Positions 12,262-24,769 of a stretch of DNA of 64,000 nt are shown piece by piece. The notes under the pieces are model-generated. The model saw only the letters and a program-made list of their open reading frames with translations. It was not told the DNA's origin and ran no database searches. Source of the stretch: Eledone cirrhosa (Eukaryota). Position numbers and translations under genes: made by a program. Position 1 is the first letter of the stretch. Each line of letters starts with the position of its first letter. The DNA is taken from NCBI GenBank assembly GCA_964016885.1, contig OZ024757.1:30628001-30692000 (forward strand). Reading direction: 5' to 3'.

Positions 12262-12335
12262 TAAAATACACAAGTTCCATGTATTTAGTCTTATATAGAT
12301 GTTCAAGACTAAATACATGGAACTTGTGTATTTTA
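12262..12335. repeat. Perfect inverted repeat, 31-bp arms, 12-nt loop
   Basis: taaaatacacaagttccatgtatttagtctt (12262-12292) and its exact reverse complement (12305-12335). Confidence 0.95.
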
Positions 12336-15300
12336 TTAATTGATAACCCACTCTGTATTGACATACTCCAGTAATTAACCAGAATTTACCAATAGAAAGA
12401 TTTCTAGAGACTAAACTGCCCAGCAGAATGAAAATTCTTCAAGATACTGATGTTTATATCCATTACCAATATTTAACATACCAGTACACAGTGTGGAAGT
12501 GGTTGGCACTAAGAAGGACACTCAGTTGCCTGTTTAGTCTCAGTGTGACAACTTAACTAATGTAAAATGGTGATGATTGTACATCTTGCTTGAATAGCAA
12601 CCAATGGCCCCCTCTGCAATATAAAGGAAAAGACGAAATAGTCCTACATAACCCAAACAATGTGAAGCTGTCAAAACTGGAAAGATTTGATCAATCAATT
12701 GAGCCGAGGTTAAAACAACTTGAGAATGAATATCAGGAAATAGTCACAGGTAAGAACATTTCTTCCATTCCATATCTAAAATAATATGGGTAAAAACCAG
12801 AAGGAAACAACACTTTTTAAAATTAGCAAATCAAGATTAAATATTTACAGCCTATGCAGTTGTACCCCTTAGATTAGGCATGACAAACTGAGGGTCACAC
12901 ACTTCAACTAATATTTTTTATTTTATATTACACTCCTGCTGTAAAAACTTCTGTGCAGGTGTGTGCTTGGAAAGAAGGGCTGCATGTTTGACATGCCTGC
13001 CCTAGATGGTTTAGTGATAAGGGCTCTACACTGATGTAAGTTTAGTTTGTCTGCTACGAGGTTGCTTGGGTGTTTTAATAATAGCTTTTCACGATAAGAC
13101 TACAATCACTATGTAAAATGTAGTGTCTTGCTGAAGAACAATAATATACCTGATCCAGGAATCGAACGCACAACCTTATAAACAACAATGAGCCTAACCA
13201 CTAAACTGGTTATCCAAATACCCTAATCTAACAGCCTGTTGTTACTGATGGGAGGTTAAGCCTTTCACTACTTTACAGTTATAATAATAGCAAGCCTAAA
13301 AGGCCCTTCAGCTAATGTTGATGATAATAAAGACAGCTTGAACAGAACTAGTATTTATTCAACTTAACATACGCAGCAGCAAACTTCATATCATTGATTT
13401 ATTGTCATTAATAGAAATAAACAAGTATACCCTCCCTCATGACGCAAATTGGTGATTTACCATCAATTATTATGGGCACTGAAATAACAAAAGTAATAAA
13501 TTTAACCCGTTTGATATCAAACTGCATATTTATCTAAAGAAAATAACTTTCCATCATAATTTTATATATAAACACTTAATACCAACTAAATGTCGCCCAA
13601 TTCTTGATGATTTGAAAATAAAACTATATGTCAGGTTGATTTGAGTAAGAGTGTATTAAAAAAAAAAACTCGACAATGGTTGCCTGGAAAATACATAACT
13701 TTTGTGCTATGTATCTCCTATTATTATATCTGTAGTGGGAAGAAATGACACTTTCATTTCATAATGAATAATATAGTGTTACTTTAAATTTAGGACACTT
13801 AAACGAAACTTCTTGATCTATATAATTCTCAACGAGATACACTCTTTCAATCAACCAACGAAGAATTTTGACGGACTTATTAGAATTATTGATTATTTTA
13901 TTACTAAGATAATAATTTTAACATATGGTTGTCGGAAGATTTTAATCTAAATAGGAACCCTGTAAAACGGGTGGTTTTGTTTCACAGAACCAGAGCCGGT
14001 CTCTATAGTGTAAAGTTTGAAAATTTAAAAATAGCAAGTTGGCAACGGTGAGGGGAAGTTATGTTATAATAATAAAAAAAAAAAAAAAGGTTTTCTTTCG
14101 GTAACGGATTGCTGGCTAACCCTGCGGGCAAGCATTATATTACACGTTTTAGGAGGGAAAAATACCAGGGAGCGGGATGTAAGAAAGCAGGACACCGCCA
14201 CCAACAAATACACTACACAACCAGCAGTTACAAGATCGTTGAATGAACGATACGCAAAACGTAAAAAATGTTTCACATCTGGTAACTAAATCAAGTACAA
14301 CTATCAGCCCTTTCGTTACCATATTTCTGACGAATGATAGATACTGATACATAATTTTCAAATCGTTTTGAAATAAATAATAAAAGAACTTTGGAGGGAG
14401 CTTTTTTAAAGTAATATAACAAAATCACACATTGCTAAGTTGGTGTCTGGGAGCATAACTTTAAGAAGATAAATATAAACACTTTTGTATCGTAGAACGA
14501 GGGGCAGTTTCGAACTGTTTGGTATGATATAGTTTAGTTTAGGAAGACAAAGACTAACTAACAACAACACAAAATACAACGAAGCAGACATCAATACATT
14601 TTCATATTACAAATCAGGGTAGAAAGGGGAGGTAAGAGAGGGGAGGGGAGAGAAGACAGATAGAATTGCGCAGGCGCAAACTAACGGCAAGTCACCAGAA
14701 AGACGTGAAAGAAAAGTTGTAAAAATGTGCTTCAGACTGGCAAAGCTAAGCTGGTTATTCAGCAGCAATATGTGAATGAATAATAATAAAATCAGAGAAG
14801 GGAGAGGAGTCATTGCATGTTACATAATAAATTTTAGTTTCAACTAAGTGTTTAATAACTACCCTACTTTTTTTGTGTGTGTGTACTTAATTCTCCACCG
14901 GCGCCGCATCATCACAAGCAGAGCATCGTTTTGAAATTTAATAAACACACTACTCTTTTGTATAGATTATTTTATATGTTTGCTGTGTGCACTAACGTGG
15001 AGAGATTTGATTCTTCATCGGCGCCACCGCTTCATCACAAACAGCATCGTTTGACATGTCTCTTCACATATACAACATAAAACATAATATATATACTATA
15101 AACGCCAACAATTTGTTGTTTTTTTTTTATCTGACAGCATCACCTAAATTATATCACTACTTATTTTATATTTACATGCATTGTTAAACAAGACGTGTAC
15201 GATAATCCCAAGCTTTGTAACATCTACACTGAGTATTACGTTGAATAATGGTCGTACAGGTCTCAATTACACGATGGAAAAAAGACTTAAGAAGGCAAGG

Positions 15301-16131
15301 ACGTTGGTAGACATTGAGACTAAAAGTAGTAATTAATCGTTTTTCGGTGCCACACAGCGAGGAGCGAAGAAATTCAAATTTTACTCAAGTTGTACATTCT
15401 TTTTAGGTAGGTAACGTTTTTAACAGAAAACGAAATAAGCTAAAATATATTCGTTAAAAATCCCCAACTTGTAAAGTAAATATAAGGAGATAAATTATTT
15501 GAATATCGAAAAGATCTGATTATATATATATATTATGTATAATGTAAAAAAAACAAAAAAAAAAATGCATAAATTCCCTAAGTATTTCGATCAACACGTG
15601 TATTACAATTAAAACAACATTTCTCTCATCAAAATCATCTATTAAGATATAACAGCAAATTATGTATCTTTTTCTTGACAAAACCCTTGAGTTCAGCGAA
15701 ATTACATCGACATCTCCACACACATTTTATATATATAAATACATCTATACTTATTTATTAAATATTTCATATTTTGTAATACAACAAAAAAAGAATGATG
15801 ACTAATTACTAAAAATTATGATCGAATTAAAGCGAGTGAGAAAGAGGGTATTAATTTTTTTTTTTTTACACTTTTGTTCTGACTGGTTGATACCGGCCGG
15901 CATAACATGAACGAATCTGTCTTTGAATAATCTCTCTCTCTCTCTCTCTCACACTCTCCAGTTAACAACTAGATGAGGAATCCATTGGCAAAAGCTGGAC
16001 AGAGAATCGTTGTGTATTTATATATATATATATATACACACATATATGTTGATCGCTCTTTTCTTTCGCTTGCACCTCCTCATACATTTATATATGTATG
16101 TGTTGATCATTCCTTTCTTTTGTGAGTACAT

Positions 16132-16163
<32 letters not shown>

Positions 16164-17344
16164 GAGATAGCCATATTTTAATACATTAATTTACACATGA
16201 TGTTGAGTGTCTACATCAATTCAATTATTTCCGATTCTACCAAAATGCATTGAATTTACATTCAAGAACGATTGAAAGAAATGGGAAAATATGTATGGTT
16301 TGTATCCGCGTGTAAAACTAAGAAAAAGCCGTCTGTGTGTGTGTAATATGACAGTTACACAAAGACAAAAGCTGTGTCTGCGTGTAATACGACAGCTACA
16401 CAAAGAGAAAGCATGCAGGAGAGATACATTTACAACATACACGTGACAGGTAAAAAATAATTATAAAAAAAAGAGAGGGTGGCAGTATTGTTCTTTCAGA
16501 AAATAAAATAAACCGTAAATTTTAATTGAGATGATTTTAATTAACATCAGAGCTTTATTGGTCACTTTAAGAGAGGATCTTTTTTAATTAGCACCAGTAC
16601 TCGATTGGACACTTAAAAGGGTATTTTTAATTAACACCAGTGCTTGATTGGGCTATCGAGGGGTCTATAATTAATACCAGTACATAATCGAACATTTAAA
16701 ACAGTATTACCGGCACAGGAAAGATGACAGTCATCTTTGACGGGAATCGAACTTAGAATCTAAAAGATAACTTGATGTTATATGGCATTTCTGAGAAAAT
16801 ATCGGATTTGGATGGAGCAAGACCATAGGGCTTAATTAACACTGAAATTATCTAAAATACTTTTTAATACTAACCATTAATGAAATTAATTTAGTTGTAG
16901 AATTATTCGATCAGTCAGTTTTACAACAGATTTTGATTATCCCCAAAACAAAACAAAAAAAATACTAAATTGTAAAAAAAATCAAATAATTTTAACAATC
17001 ATTAAACTATGTTGAAAGAAATCGCATCTCATTTAAATAAAATATTTAAAATAACAAAATCGAAACAGTCTATATTAAACACGAAAGAAAGAGGGAAAAA
17101 AACATTTGCTATTATTCTTTGTTTCGAAGCAAGATCACAAATAATTCAGTGTCGGAGAGAGAAAAAGAAGAAAAAAAATGCTTGTCAATTAATTAAGAGT
17201 ATTATGTCATATATTTATTTATATATAAATATATGTAAATCTGATTAGTGGTATTAAAATCTTTAAAAAAGATTTTTTTTTATCAAAGATACATCTTTGT
17301 TTCATCGAAAAAAAAAACTAAAAAAAAGCCCCCGCAAAATCCAA

Positions 17345-17820
17345 CAAAGACGTGCATGTTTTAAAGTGGCCGGTGGCTGAGAGAAGAAAGGGGTTTACAT
17401 GTCAAAAGAGCACATGGTGGAGACTGAGCTGGGAAAGAACATGCCACAGACAAGAAAACGGCTAAAATTTTCAAACCCACGACATGGGCAAACATAATAG
17501 CATCTCAACCGACATGGCAAGCTCTGTAAAACAGAAACGAAGCTGTTGCCGAACGTTTCAACTACATCATTTTCACAAGTTTCGATACTGTTAAGACGAA
17601 ATAATAGGTTAAAGTCGACACATTTCGAAAAGAAAGCAGAAAATTGTACTAACCTTTAGATATAGATCAAATATGGCGGCTTCTACCTTAAACTAGATTC
17701 GGTGAAAGTCGGCAATTTTCGAGCGCCTAAAAAGTCATCCTCAATAAATTATTCTTCGACTGTTTCCGGACATTTCCGCCGAACAAAAGCATTCATTCGA
17801 ATTATTCCGATTACTCACGG
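17345..17820 (-). promoter_or_regulatory. Candidate CpG-enriched promoter with spliced non-coding leader exons (130-nt intron 17653-17524), possibly of ELAV-B
   Basis: Minus-strand AAG|GTTAGT donor and TTTCTGTTTTACAG acceptor; YY1-like ATATGGCGGC near 17671-17680 and ETS-like TTCCGG near 17764-17769. Confidence 0.4.
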
Positions 17821-20464
17821 ATGTTTTAGAAATAAATGAAAACAAAAAAAATTCGTCTGAGAGAAAGAGAAAAAGAAAGAATAAGAAGAGAGTTGTAGAA
17901 TAATGAAGAAAAAGATATAAACAGCTATAAAATACGAGAGAGAAAAGAATCAAAAAGATAGAATGAGAGAGGACAAAAGATGTGGCTATAGAATGAGAGG
18001 GAGTCAAAAGGATAGGGGATGGATAAAGAGTTGGAGTAATAAAAGAAGAGAGAGGGTGGACAAAGAGATAGAATAATAGAAGAGAATAAAATAAAAAAGA
18101 GGGCAAAAAATATAAAGTTAATAAAATAAAGAAAAAAAGTAAAAACAAATCGAGGGAAGCCGAAATGACAGAATAATAGAATGAGAGAGTAGGAGGATGA
18201 CAAATAGATAAAGTAAAATGAATGAGTGAGGAGGAGAACAAATAGGATATATTAATAGAACGAGAAGGGAGGGAGAGTTATTTCTGTAACAGGAAGTTGA
18301 GTAAGGGAGATTACTGTGTTAAACCTACGGTATCTTCCCTTTGTGTTGTTCTTGTTATTAAAAGAAAGAATCGTAGAATTTTTCAAGTTTGAACAAAGCA
18401 ATTGAGTTTAAGCAGTCGAAGCTTTGTGACACATTCTCACATGTTATAAATTTGACTGACAACTTTATACATATGTAAACAGCGATCTGTAAGCAAGTAT
18501 CTATACAAACATATAAAGATTCCCGCTCCGGGGAAACAGTATTGAGCCTCAAACTGTTACACCGAATTTTCGGGGAAGGGGTCTGAATTTAGAAATTTCA
18601 AATTGGCTAATTAAGGGATTCAGTAAGGGTCACATATTGGCAATTATTATCATTATGAGATATACATATTATCAAAGAAATAAAAACAACAATAATAATT
18701 GTTTAATTAATAACAAGGGCCGAAAGTCATTGAAGGATTTCAGGGAGTAAATCTGAGATATTAAGGGATATCGTTTTCATCCTATCCACCCTCCCCTGTA
18801 ATCAGTACACGATTTCAGGTGTAGTTTGGAATTAGTGTGCAATTATCGTTCTAACTACACAAATTTTCTCGGTTTGTTTCAATGTAATGAGGTAAACATT
18901 CTAGATGTAAATTTGTTTTAGCATAGTAAAAATTTATGATAATGGGTTTTATTACAATTGTATAAATTTACATAGAAGTATTCGAAATGTCTTATTATTG
19001 ATAAATGAAAATGTTTGTTTATTGCCTTCATCACAACAACGCCTCATAGATTTAATAGTGCGTCTTCTATAAGCACATCCATCTATTGAGGGGGAATAAT
19101 TTATAAACATAAAGACTTTGATCGCATTCGAATGAGAACATACACACACTAATATGCGTACATAAAGATACATACAAATATAAGCATACATAGATATACA
19201 CAAATATAAACACTCACACACACACATATACATACACAAGCACGAACTCGGTATTCAGACGAAACTAAGTGATATTGTGGCATTCGACAACGAGGCTAAA
19301 ACCAGAGACAAAAAAATCCTAATTCCCTCCCTTTGTTAAGGTGTCGTTAACGAAGGACCAAGTGCGAGAACGGATGTATTTGCACAAACCAAAGCATATT
19401 TATATTCTCCGTTGGTGACCGGAAACATCTAATTTCTAAATGTAATTCTTATCAACTCAGTTAACATAATCGGAGGATTTTGTATCCTATTTATATTTGA
19501 ATATGATTATCGACTCTATTTAGGTTATGTTATTAACACATCTACACCAACCTGCTAATTTCTCACGACTACTGTATGTCTCTTTAACAAATAGATTCGG
19601 AAACATCTTCTATATTCTCAGGTATGTACTGTTATGTACCCCAACTAAGATTTCTGATATTTTCGTTAATATTTATTTTATTCTATTAATGTGTGTTGCC
19701 AATTCAATCAGCAAAACCGATTTTGAGTCCCAAAAGAAATCATTTCACTTTTACGTGTTTCGAATGAGGTTTGTAGAAAAAATCTGCAGTTTACTTTGAA
19801 TTTAACCAGTTAAATTATTAACGTTGAAACTAAATAAAAACGGGCGGATCTTAAAATATACCCTTATGTAAACAATCTCAAAATACGAGGGGGAGATCAT
19901 CGTAATTCTGATACTATGCGAAAGAGGAGATTGAGATTTGTAGGCCATTGCAATCGTGCCTCAAAATGAAGTTGTGACTCCTTTAGTGATTTGGGAACCC
20001 AACATCTGCTAAAAGCAAAAGCGGTCGCAATCTCTCCTATGCTGATACCAATAGCCCTAGACACTAGTATTGTTGTTCGGGATCCAGGAAATGCAATGAG
20101 TGACAGACCTACGTGGAGATCTGTTACTGACGACGATGATGATGATTATGTAAACAATAACAAACGATTTATTTTCGAACATAATTTAACTTGCAGAAGT
20201 GAGGTGAATTAAGTTTACAGCAATCGGAAGAATTTTTATCCATTTATGTGACCAATTCCTTTTGAATAGACTTGAAAACTGCATATTCAAATTTATTACT
20301 GTGTATGTTAATGTGTATGAAGAAGCTGTTTTGTTGATCAAACAAGTGGAGCAGTCATCGTCGAAACCAACGGAGATCCATTCAATTTCATTCCACACGA
20401 AGCAAAATTTTTCTTAACAAAACTACGTTGATTTCTTCTTCCAGTTGATAGTTGACATGTAAAG

Positions 20465-20569
20465 ATGAGTGTCTCCCAGTTTAGTGAACCACAGGCAGGT
20501 GGTGACCTGGATCTCTACGATGATATTCTCCAGGAAGACTTTGATTGCCAGAAGGAATCTCTTGATGAG
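20465..20569 (+). CDS. CASP8AP2: FLASH/CASP8AP2-like copy A, coding exon 1 (LDLY motif)
   Basis: MSVSQFSEPQAGGDLDLYDDILQEDFDCQKESLDE, comparable to vertebrate FLASH LDLYEEIL; acceptor TTCCAG at 20444, donor GAG|GTAGGT, phase 0; same structure in copy B. Confidence 0.8.
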
Positions 20570-20619
20570 GTAGGTAAAACAATACACCCACTGCCCCAAG
20601 CTTGGAGGCTCATTAAGCC

Positions 20620-20858
20620 AGTGCTTATCCCAGTTAACTTAGCATTAAGCAACAAAGAGTATACTTCTCCTGGACAGGTCACCAGTTCATTGTACGGTTA
20701 ACTCCCAGCTACTGCTGGTACTCATTTTCAGCTGAGTATGCTGGAGCAACCTGAAGTGAAGTGTTTTGCGCAAAAGCACAATGCACCACCTAGGAATCGA
20801 AACCACAACATTATGATCATTAAGTCGACACTGTAACCACTAGGTTATACAGCTTCAC
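20620..20858 (-). mobile_element. tRNA-type SINE copy
   Basis: Reverse-strand B-box-like ggaatcgaaacc and taaccactagg head; similar to copies at 28250-28368, 28810-28960, 30550-30822, 44720-45045 and 55810-56090. Confidence 0.65.
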
Positions 20859-20939
20859 AAAGGTAAAACAATCATATAACAGTACAAACACTAATTTCGT
20901 TTGTAGATGTCTTAACAGTGTGTCTGAGAGAATATATTA

Positions 20940-21270
20940 CATCCATTTTACAGAGTGGACTGTGCTCTTTATTCTGGCACAAGTACTACCACCTTACAGG
21001 GTTGACTGTGCTTTTATTATGGCACTAGCATGATCACTTTACAGGGTTGACTGGGTGCTCTTTATTGTGGCATCAGCACTACCACTTTATAGGGTGGGCT
21101 GGGTGTATTTATCGTGGCATCAGCACTACCATTTTACAGGGTGAACTGGGTGTATTTATTGTGGGGCCAGTACTTTCATTTTACAAGGTGGATTGGGTGC
21201 TTTTATTGAGGCACCACAGCACTACCACCACCTTACAGGGTGGACTGCGTGCTTTTATTGTGGCACTACC
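20940..21270 (+). repeat. 48-bp minisatellite, about 7 degenerate units (intron 1 of FLASH A)
   Basis: Recurring accactttacagggtggactgggtgcttttattgtggcac unit, same family as 60063-60945. Confidence 0.85.
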
Positions 21271-21364
21271 ACTGCCTCTATATTCCTTGAAATCCCCAAG
21301 ATAGTTACAGATGAAATGTATTTGATCACAGGTCTGCTATGTCAAAGTTGACCTGGGGCTAAAT

Positions 21365-21470
21365 AATTGTTTCTACTTTAGGCACAAGGCCAGCAATTAT
21401 CCAGTGCATTACTGGTACTTTATTTTATCGACCCCGTAAGGATGAAAGGCAAAGTCAACCTCGGCGGGAT
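21365..21470 (-). mobile_element. SINE fragment, second family
   Basis: Reverse complement of cccgccgaggttgactttgcctttcatccttacggggtcgataaaataaagtaccag, seen at 29.9, 33.9, 34.1, 55.2 and 58.3 kb. Confidence 0.8.
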
Positions 21471-21665
21471 AACAGCCTGTGATCCCTTCTCACCACCCAG
21501 TCCTCTGACCACAAAATAATAACAGCCTGTTATCCCTTACTGCCACGCAGTCTCTATTACCAGTCCACATCATTACAATCTCCTCTTTCCTATATAGCCA
21601 TGTTTTTGATTCTCTGGCTACTTATCTAAACACTTTAATGAGAAATATATACTTTATTTCTTTAG

Positions 21666-21856
21666 TTACAACAGAAATACAAGGAAGCTATACAGAAGAT
21701 CGCTATTTTGGAAACTACTGTGAAAGAGCGTACATTGTCTCTTGAATCATTGGAGAAGAAAAACATATACTTACAGAAGAATATATCAATGTTGTACAAA
21801 ACTGCATGCACAGAAATCAAGAGAAAAAATGATATTATTCAGTCTTTAAGAGAGCA
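21666..21856 (+). CDS. CASP8AP2: FLASH-like copy A, coding exon 2 (coiled coil / Lsm11-binding segment)
   Basis: TTTAG acceptor, CA|GTAAGT donor, 191 nt; LQQKYKEAIQKIAILETTVKERTLSLESLEKKNIYLQKNISMLYKTACTEIKRKNDIIQSLREQ resembles vertebrate FLASH [23 protein letters not shown] (recalled sequence). Not in the ORF track. Confidence 0.85.
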
Positions 21857-21919
21857 GTAAGTTTTTGGTCTATTTATCTTATCATAAACATTTTTATAGA
21901 TGCAGGCATGGCTGTGTGT

Positions 21920-22112
21920 AGCATTTACATTACTCCATATTTACTATTGTATTTTCGTAGTAAAGGCTTTATCTCACATAATATCGAATGAGATTTTGAT
22001 ATTATTTATTTTGAGAACAATACGTTAACATCAGTATCAGTGTCCACTTTGAACAGAAAGAGGTGAGAGAATTCTGGCTGGATACAGCGAGTTTTAATGC
22101 TAAAGGGTTAAG
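21920..22112. mobile_element. TTAA-MITE copy in intron 2 of FLASH A
   Basis: tagcatttacattactc ... aatgctaaagggTTAA; left terminus eroded. Confidence 0.75.
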
Positions 22113-22192
22113 AAGTTTGGTTTGCAGCTACCTGGTCTGAAGTTGTATCCGACTTCATGACATCTTGTGATATGATTTGGTACTCAGTCTTT

Positions 22193-22257
<65 letters not shown>

Positions 22258-22765
22258 AATTATGGATGGATATCAGGAGGTAGATACAGTTAAAAAAGAT
22301 AGAGTATAGACATCTTTATTTTATATGGAAATAACTTATACAAGACTAGAACTGTTTCATTGATATGAAATCATCAAGAAAGGACTTTCCTGATGATTTC
22401 ATACAAAATTGTTTGTATAAAATTTTAGTTTGTGCTAATAATAAATATTTGCTTTACAGTTTTATAAATACTGTTAATATATTTATATAATACTTAATCT
22501 ACTTATCACTTTACATTTAATATTGCTATTGCAAGCAACGATATTTGTTTATGTCTCACATAAACGTTAGTTCAGCAGTTAGATGTATGAAGATTTGTAC
22601 CTTATTTTTAAAACAAGGCACTATTGGCATCAAGAAGGGCATCTGACAGTAGAATTCTGCCTCAAGCACTTGGGTCCAACCCATGCCAGCATTGCAGGTA
22701 TGCAAACCCTTTTTTATAAAATCATTTTCCTTATATATATATTTGATTTTTGTTTCTCTTTCCAG

Positions 22766-22871
22766 ATTAGACACCCATAAAAAAGAAAACTATGTGAAAA
22801 AATCGCAATCTGGATACTCTAAATGGAATGGTGATTCTCAGAGAAACATCAAATCCTCTCGAAATTATTGA
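22766..22871 (+). CDS. CASP8AP2: FLASH-like copy A, exon 3 start, ending in an early TGA (133-aa spliced product)
   Basis: TTTCCAG acceptor, phase 2 compatible with exon 2; LDTHKKENYVKKSQSGYSKWNGDSQRNIKSSRNY*; homologous to the start of copy B exon 3. Confidence 0.7.
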
Positions 22872-23466
22872 CGTAACCCTTATAAAAAAAAAGGACATCC
22901 CTTTCTCCCCCCCCCATCTTATTTTGACAATATTTATTCACCATTTCATTCTGCGTAAGCTTTTAGTCACTCAAGTATTAAACATAAAAAAAGTAATTTG
23001 CATCAACAAAATTGAAAGCTAACTCTTATTCTACTGCTACTAATGTGCTGGCTGCAAAGTTGATGCCTTCTGATTCACTATGATCTCCTATATTTGAAAA
23101 AAATCACAGGTTCTGTACAGACTGTCTAAGAATTTGTGACATCATTTGCTACAAAATCAAAATGAAGTCATGTCAGATATGAAACAGAAGAAGAAAATAT
23201 GATTGATAAAAGTTCATGATAAAGATTTTCTCTGTACAACATCTGTTCCCTGAGTGTACTGGTCTGGGAGAATCTGTTAGTACAAATATAACTGACCTGC
23301 TTGCACTCATGATCTTATAAAACTTATATAAGAAAGTAAATATTTTGATTCAAGAAACATTAAACAGGACACAAGAACAACAATCGCAGTGATCAAATAT
23401 TTCCAAAAATAAAAGTGAAAAGAAATATAGAAAGTATTCTGATGTTGAAACTAATAACTCAAGAGA

Positions 23467-24513
23467 GTGGATGTAGTTGAAGCAGTGAAGATGTCAACTC
23501 AACTGTCAGCAAAATCTGCAGGATCTCATGCAAACGGGACTAAACCTTCTCCAACTTCTGCTGTTGCTGCTGGTGTTGATAAATTTTCTCCCAGTGATAA
23601 ACATTGCAGTAAAATGTATGATCCAGTGTTAGCTTCCTCACTAGAAGTACCAACTAAATGTGAGAGAAATCTTTCCACACCTGTTGTTCCACAAACGTGT
23701 AAAACCTCAGTAGCATTGAATAGTCAGGAAGACATAGTTATTAACTGCTTTGGTAGATCTAATCCAGAAGATTCTCATTCTCCTATAATTATTCGTTGTT
23801 TTTCTAACAGTATGACACATTCAGAGCTAGCTGAATCAACAAGCAGCAAAATTTCTGATTATGGTGATTCTACACCAACAAAGGAAACAATTGTTCGTAA
23901 ACTGTTCTCACCAAGTAAGCCTGATTATGATTTATCGGTGGAAAATCAAATCCGAGATGATATGGGAGCAAAGAATCACAGTCTTGACTTTCTCAATGAA
24001 ATGAAGAAGAAATTATCGCAGGAAATTGCTGCTCATAACAGAAGACAACAAGATGAAGATTGTTCTTCAGATCTAACACAATTAAATGATATCTGTGAGA
24101 ATGATAAAGATACATATTGTAGTAATGATAGTGTGAGAGACGATGAGAATTTTCTGAAAACATATTCTCCTCATGCACAGACTGATTCAGCTACAAGTAC
24201 TCGGCAGTCTGAAGGTGATTGCGTAGACTTAGAAGAAGGGGAGATTGTAAGTGATGATGATGATGATGATGATGATGGTGATGAGGATGATGATAAGGAG
24301 GAGGAGGAGGAGGTGGTGGTGGAAGATGGTGAGAGAGAAGAAACTTCCAAGGAGGAATTTTCCGATAACATTAAACATGAAAGTAAACACACTTCAAAAC
24401 AAACTTCCAAAAGAAGGAAGATATCAGGGTGTAAGACATTGTCTAAAATTAACAATAAACAGAATGACAACTCTTCAGGACATGAAAACAAAAAACGAAG
24501 GGTTGACCGGTGA
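23467..24513 (+). pseudogene. CASP8AP2: Disconnected C-terminal reading frame of FLASH-like copy A
   Basis: Nearly identical to copy B 37850-38836, including DLEEGEIVSD and KKRRVDR*; separated from the N-terminus by a stop and about 600 bp of degenerate sequence. Could still be reached by unrecognised splicing. Confidence 0.6.
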
Positions 24514-24769
24514 GGACGGAGTGCTGAGCTAATGTTATTTTTTAACGATATATTATTTAAGTAAAACTGAAATTTATCTTCCTCTTCCTCCTGTTCATGA
24601 TATTGTATATGTCTGTTTATATTATTCACATGTCTTTAACAACAATATATTAAAATATACTTCAATATGTTCAGGTATGCATCATAATTATGAAAGTAAA
24701 AATTAATTTTGTTGCTGGACACGTAAAGCATGATAAAATATGATATATGTGTGTGTGTGTGTTTAAGTC

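Noticed and set aside
12590-12784. 64-aa ORF with coding-like composition and a CAG|GTAAGA donor
   Set aside because: Non-ATG start, no recognisable homology and no partner coding exons found; kept only as a possible antisense exon.
17741-18241. 166-aa hydrophobic F/L/S ORF resembling a membrane protein (also 8096-8545)
   Set aside because: Result of purine/pyrimidine strand-biased low-complexity sequence.
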